This document shows, in pieces, positions 58,101 to 64,000 of a stretch of 64,000 bases of DNA. The notes beneath the pieces were generated by a model that had not been told where the DNA came from, made no database searches, and worked only from the letters and a program-made list of their open reading frames with translations. This stretch comes from Octopus sinensis (lineage: Eukaryota). The stretch is taken from contig NC_042998.1 of the NCBI RefSeq assembly GCF_006345805.1, positions 157,666,001 through 157,730,000 of the forward strand, written 5' to 3'. The position numbers and the translations under genes are program-made. Within the stretch, counting starts at the first letter, position 1. Every line of letters starts with the position of its first letter.

Positions 58101-59849
58101 TTGATCTTTCATTAATTGTTTTTTTCCGGTAACAAGGAATTCGTCGCCACTCTGTCATCTGCTCACTGACATGGTTCCAATGCAACTGTGTGGAACTGTT
58201 TTAGTGACCAAGTAGTAGTTCTGTAAAGTAGATTCAGAGCTTCAAAATATAAATGAAAATTTAAGTTAAAAATATAATTTTTTCTTTAGTATAGTGTAGC
58301 GATTCTTGAAAGTCGATTAAAAATACATTCTTATGTGCATTTGTGTACATACTGTGCACAGTTATGGAAAAAATTTCTCTACATATACATGTTTGTCCTT
58401 GTAAATGTTTGTATATTCCGAGTAGAGATTATTAGAAGAATAAATTCAGTGGCCTTATAGATTTAGTTTTATTTCTTTAGTATAGGAAACTAGTGTTCGT
58501 CGTAATTGAATAGAAATCTATCTTCTCATGTGTTTCTCAGATATCTATCAAGAACATGATTTGAAGATATACTTTTACAAGCGTATGTCTATCTTCATGT
58601 ATATGATTGGCATTAGAGTTGATTACAAACTTCATTTCAATCCATATGTAGTATACAAGATAGCAATAAATGAATCTCTTAAGTTTCCAAAGATAATGAG
58701 ATATTTTAGCTGCATGCTATTTTAAATATTTGCATCATGATAATTCATTCATTGCTGAGAGACAAAAATATACTCCAACGACGTTTTATTTCACTCATAC
58801 AGTAAACATAGTTAATAGCTTGTAAGTATTTACCCAAAAGATATTTGAAATAACTTTGGTTGACTGTTATGCACTCTTGTGTCATGTGTCTTTTCGGTTA
58901 CCTCAATCATATAACCTTAAATGACTCAAAAATATAGCATAATATCAGAATTAATATGTATCCTTAACAACAGGTTCCGTTGATTTGTCTCTAGATAACC
59001 ATGCTTAATTTAGAAGATATTTCTTTGTAATATATTACAATATGAGGAAATTCGTTTTTATTTCTACGTTGCACTTATTATTTATAATCAACATAGTGAA
59101 TTACGACAAGTCAGTAGAAAACTTTAGAAATTATTAAGAAATTATTAGAAATATTTTCTTTATTTATCAATATATCTCTTTTCTCACAAAATATTATTGT
59201 AAAAAAACAAAACAAGATATTCTTATAAATATTTCATCTAATTCAAAACATGTAAGCTTCAAATAAACACTTTGTAGTTTTTGTCTTTACACATTGCCAC
59301 ATATCCTCCTAACAGAAACATCTTTTATTTTAAAGCAACCAGAATAACTTTAGAATATTTAACAACGTCAGACTATCAAAAATTACATTCGCATGTTGGA
59401 TAAGAAAATTTACATCACAGGATTTGAGTAGTAATAAAATTACTGGATTTGGCGAAGATAACGGTGGTGCACTGGCATGCGTACTGCTCACAAGCTGCAA
59501 CTGGTAAAAGAATTAGAAGAGTATATTATTTGTACCATCTAGGTTCTAGGCAAATATAACTAGCTTTGTGTTTTATTCCCAAGTTTCCAGTTAACAATCG
59601 AAACTCGCTATGTTATCTGTGATGAATTTCGTGTATTATGCAATGGTGTTTTGCTGTTATATATTTTAGTAAACTTATCCCTTACGGCATATGAAGGCTT
59701 TCCAAAGACAAACATGTCTAGAAGACGTCTTGATCAAATTTGTTCGGTGAAATAAAAGGAATGTTCTAATATCTTGTAAACTGATACTGTTCACTCACTC
59801 TTGAATCAGGTTGAACATTCAGCAAGGCGATTTTTGATGCAGTGACAAT

Positions 59850-61010
59850 ACTTTCTAGAGCAATTTTCATGTACTTACTCTGCACAACCGCAAAGAAGCG
59901 AGGTGTCTTCCGACGACTTGCAGTTAGCTTAGCTTCTAGAACAGTCAGGGATGAGCTGATTGAGAGACTTAGCCTTATCGAGCTGGGGGCGGGAGTCAAG
60001 TGTGGATGTGAGGCTGCTGCCAACGCTGCCAGACACTTTTATACAGCATACGCTTCCCTCATTTCTCTTGACTGCTGGCAACAGGATCGCTTCTTCCTCA
60101 GTTGTCCAGCAGGGTGACCCACGAGATCCGTTCCTTTTTGACTTGGTTCCTGATGATGTTTCCCGAACAGTCCGCTCACACTTCAATGTCTGATACCTGG
60201 ATAACGTGACCTTGGGTAACTCGGCAGGGTCTGTTGTTGGGATCTTCATCAGCTTATCTCAGCCCACCCTCAGAAAACGGATATCCAACATAACTGGGAT
60301 GGTATAAGATACAAGTCTACCTTTGAGCAGATTGAGGCATCATTAGATTAGCACCGACTTGCTCGTAACCAAACAGCGGCGCATAGCTCAATTATGTACC
60401 ATCCTCATCTACCACTAACCGTCCAGATGATGACAAGTGCATTCATATTGGAGTGGCCTAATACCTAGGTTTCCGCATGTGAGCCGCACTAGTGTCATTG
60501 TGGAACGCTAGTCGATGCGTTCGGCTTGCTACCATTATTAACCTGCAGCCTTAGTGCTTAGTGCGGGATGATTCCTCCTACACACCACTCTGAATGACAT
60601 AGCGGGCCTCGATGCAACAATCTTCCCGTCTCAACTGGAACTAGTAGTCTTTCAACGCAGGGATGATAAGAAACCTGACAGTATAACCCTCTTTCTATAC
60701 AAGGGAAGCAGATCCGTAATCTGGGACGCGACGTGCAGTGAAACGTTCTTTGACTCCAATCTCGCTGCGCCAGCTCCAAAATCAGATGTTGCTACCCGTA
60801 AAGCTGGAGAGAGAAAAGTAAATAAATACAGGCGTCTGAGAGGTCGCAATCAGTTTGTGCCAGCCGCTGTCAAATCCTGAGGTCTTTTCGGACCCGCACT
60901 TCCAATTTACTCAGGATAACTGAGGCTTGTCAGAGAAATGAGCCTCACGAGGGTCTGCAGCAAGTATTGCTGGCATTCTGTGGGTCAATGTCATCGTGTT
61001 CAAGACTGTG
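59850..61010 (+). mobile_element. Degenerate CRE-clade non-LTR retrotransposon (RT fragment, CCHC finger, RLE)
   Basis: VFRRLAVSLASR...ELGAGVKCGCEAAANAAR; SSSVVQQGDPRDPFLF...FNV*YLDNVTLG; PNSGA*LN..PSSS...IGVA; CHCGTLVDAFG; KPDSITLF...VIWDATCSETF...KVNKY...FVPAAVKS*GLFGP. Confidence 0.82.
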
Positions 61011-61307
61011 GTGTGTGGCTGAGCCCACCATTTATTCTGGGGTGTGTGACTCATTTGCCCCTCTTCCTCCATGTTCTGCTGTTTACCCCCTTTTATTTTT
61101 CCTTTTTCTATTCTTTCTTTTTCTATTTCTTTGTGTCTATGTATTTAAATGTTGTAATTTAGAATGTGGTCAGTCAGTTTAAGATACAAAAACATTGCAT
61201 TAAAATCAAAGATATCGCATGGTAAATCCTGAATGAAGTAAGTTTAATCGATGGATTAAGATGTTTTGTAACCGACATTAGTGTCTTTATTTACCCATGT
61301 AGAGTGA

Positions 61308-61410
61308 AGGCGCATACCTTGGTATTTAGGGTGTTCAGCTCATAACCATAAGGTCGTAAGTTCAATCTCTGGACGGGTGGTGTGCTGTGTTCTTATGCAA
61401 GGTACTTCGT
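61308..61410 (+). mobile_element. Degenerate tRNA-derived SINE head
   Basis: aaggcgcataccttggtatttagggtgttcagctcataaccataaggtcgtaagttcaatctctgg...tgtgttcttatgcaagg. Confidence 0.5.
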
Positions 61411-64000
61411 CTACTAACGTGTAATGTGTACCATACAAGGATTGATATAGCAATTTCCCCTTTCATTTGTTACATCCTCAATGTTCTTCAGGGTCAAAGT
61501 TGAAAGGATAAGGATGTATATGTCTGCGCGAGACTACATAGGTACCTAAAGCAATTAGCGAAAATACGGTATACATTACCAAGAAATATTTGTTTGTGAT
61601 GTACCGTTCTACCTATGTTGAATTTTCATTCTGTTTTCATTTGGATTTCAATACAAGTGAATATAAGTAGAAATCGTTTTAAAATTGCAATGGTAAAGTG
61701 TGCAATTTCATATATTATTATGATAAAAAGGCTTCAAATTGCCCACTCATTTACTTACTTGCTTCTTAATATGTTTTCACACACAGGCACACACATAAAT
61801 ACACTGACAAAAACCTAATGATTTTGAAAAAATAATCTGTAAGAATTTACAGAATGCTATTGAAATCTACTATTCTACAATAAGACACCGAGCATAGACA
61901 GAAAATTTGTATCCCCTATTTTTTCAGTTGAATATGAAAACTATGATTAATGATACACACAAACACACTGGTGTGCGTACACAGACTGTCGCACATGCAC
62001 ACATACACACACGCATGCATGTATTGTAAACATTCTTAAAAATTCTCTATATGTATTTAATTAATATTCTAAAAACAGTCAGACATTTTTAGGTACATTA
62101 TATTTTAATAGATTTAATTTTATAGTGTAATGTATTTAATTGTAATTAGCTGTTATTGAAATATATCTATTTACTATGCTTTAATGATATCTACAAGTAG
62201 AATAGCAGTTCAACTAAATCGATTGAATGAAATTTAACGTTTCTAAAGTAACGTTTTAAATGGGTTTTTTTTATACAAAACACAGGAATGTCTAAATTGA
62301 TGCATCTCTCACACATACAAAAACGGAAATATACGTTAATTTGCTATTTTTGAGTAAATTAAAATTATATTTCTATGGTGACCAATGTGCAACTATACAA
62401 AGGTTTAAACAATGCTTGAAACAAGAGTATAAATCTGTATTTTTAACGAAGTTAAAAATATTGTTTTCTCTAGATTTAAATCCGCCATCAACGACTTCAT
62501 ATGCATATGGTTCTTTGCAGTTAGAAAGTTAGAAAGCAAACAGTTTCCTATGAGAATACAGTCAAACAATGAAATAATTTATGCCCATGTATATTTAGAG
62601 AATAAATCTGAAAGAAGGATTGAAAGTGTATAAAATATTTTGTTGAATTCATTATTTTACTGTTTCTCAAGCTCTTTTTAAGATACCATTTAACAACGTA
62701 GTATTTTAACGAATTGTTTAACATATTCTTTCTTGCTTGAAAGAATAGCTGTTTCTGCAACAGCGGGTTACAAAGGTGAAAACAACCGGAAAATAATTCA
62801 TCTCCCTATTTATATTATGAAAATGGATTGGGTGAGTTATGTTGAGGGAGGAAAACTCCTGTGGTTATGAGAAAAACATGTGTGAAGCAAAAACCATTTG
62901 TTGAATTTATTGTTGTATACTCAGCAAACATTATATCTGAGTTAGTTGATAAAAACACCTGTAACGGTTAACGACATCGTGAAGCCGTTTCTGACTAAAA
63001 ACCTTCCAATTTTGATCTAAACAAGTACCTAGTGTAAGAAATATTGTTGCATAATTATGTGAGTAGATATCAGGTTACTAGTGTACGACATTAATATTTA
63101 AATATAAATATTTTGAATGAGATTTACAATAGTATTTGGCTCTTAAATTTCGTTATATGAGAAGAATAGAATATGAATTAGAAAGGGTTATTTGACTGTT
63201 TGGTGAATTGGTTCCATTTAACCTGATAAAACAATTTATATTCATAGGCACGGGGAAATGGGGTTTGCGATATTCCTATTTCCTCTTAAGAGCATTGGAG
63301 AGAAATGAGAAATGACATTGAGTAGACTGTAAAACCACAAAAGAAACTTATCTTGCTGCTGTATTAGTATTGCGTTGTTGGTTTGTCACAAGGGCCTTAT
63401 ACATATTTGTTGTTTTCAAAGATAGAGTGAAAGCTATGATTTGGGGTAGGGAGTAAATAGGATATTCTGCTTTATGTCTTTCCCAACAGCATTAGGGTTT
63501 TAGATGAATTCATGCAGGGGGTGGTATTTACACTGCAAAGCAGTAACGACACACGACACGCAATCTACACCATCAGATTATTTCCCAGATCCTTGCCATT
63601 TCAGTGAGATAGAAATTCACACTGGAAAGTAATTATATCCACTTACGCAAATAAATCTTTCAGAAAAGCAATAAATGTCATATTTCCCTTACATCCATAA
63701 CTTAAAAGTGTTGAAACAAACCAATATTGGAGTGTTTTTAGCGACAACTCTTACTGAAACGTAACACAAACCTTCAATCTTCTGAATAGCCACAAGTTAG
63801 CTGAATCGCCTACATTTATGATGATAATGGCAGGAGTGTACAAGAAATGACAGAATACAGTACAAAATGTGGTGTCGACATTATTTACTAATTGAATGTG
63901 AGTTTCTCTCAAAAAATTAAACACAAGCTCTGTGTATCGAAACTAATTATCGACAAATTGTAAATACATTAGACACATCGTACTTGATGAAAAAAAATTC

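Overview
AT-rich, microsatellite-dense eukaryotic DNA with no recognisable host protein-coding exon, rRNA, true tRNA gene or CRISPR array. The SINE and repeat inventory resembles coleoid cephalopod (Octopus-like) genomes; this is an inference from pattern recognition, not a database result. Nearly all recognisable sequence is transposable-element derived. Retroelements: a 5'-truncated L1/Tx1-clade LINE embedded in (TATC)n, a disrupted CR1-type LINE in (TA)n, a Dong/R4-clade RLE LINE 3' end in (TAA)n plus an older relic, a degenerate CRE-clade RLE LINE, Penelope-like (PLE) relics and many tRNA-derived SINEs. DNA elements: Tc1/mariner families distinguishable by counted catalytic spacing (DD41D, DD36E, DD37D), non-autonomous Helitrons and foldback MITEs. 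The most notable signals are (1) several hammerhead-ribozyme-like motifs in PLE-type repeats, including a 288-bp palindrome whose arms carry a core with a compensatory G3:C8 swap, and (2) LINEs sitting inside homogeneous microsatellites, suggesting target specificity. Most ORFs in the supplied track are microsatellite artefacts.
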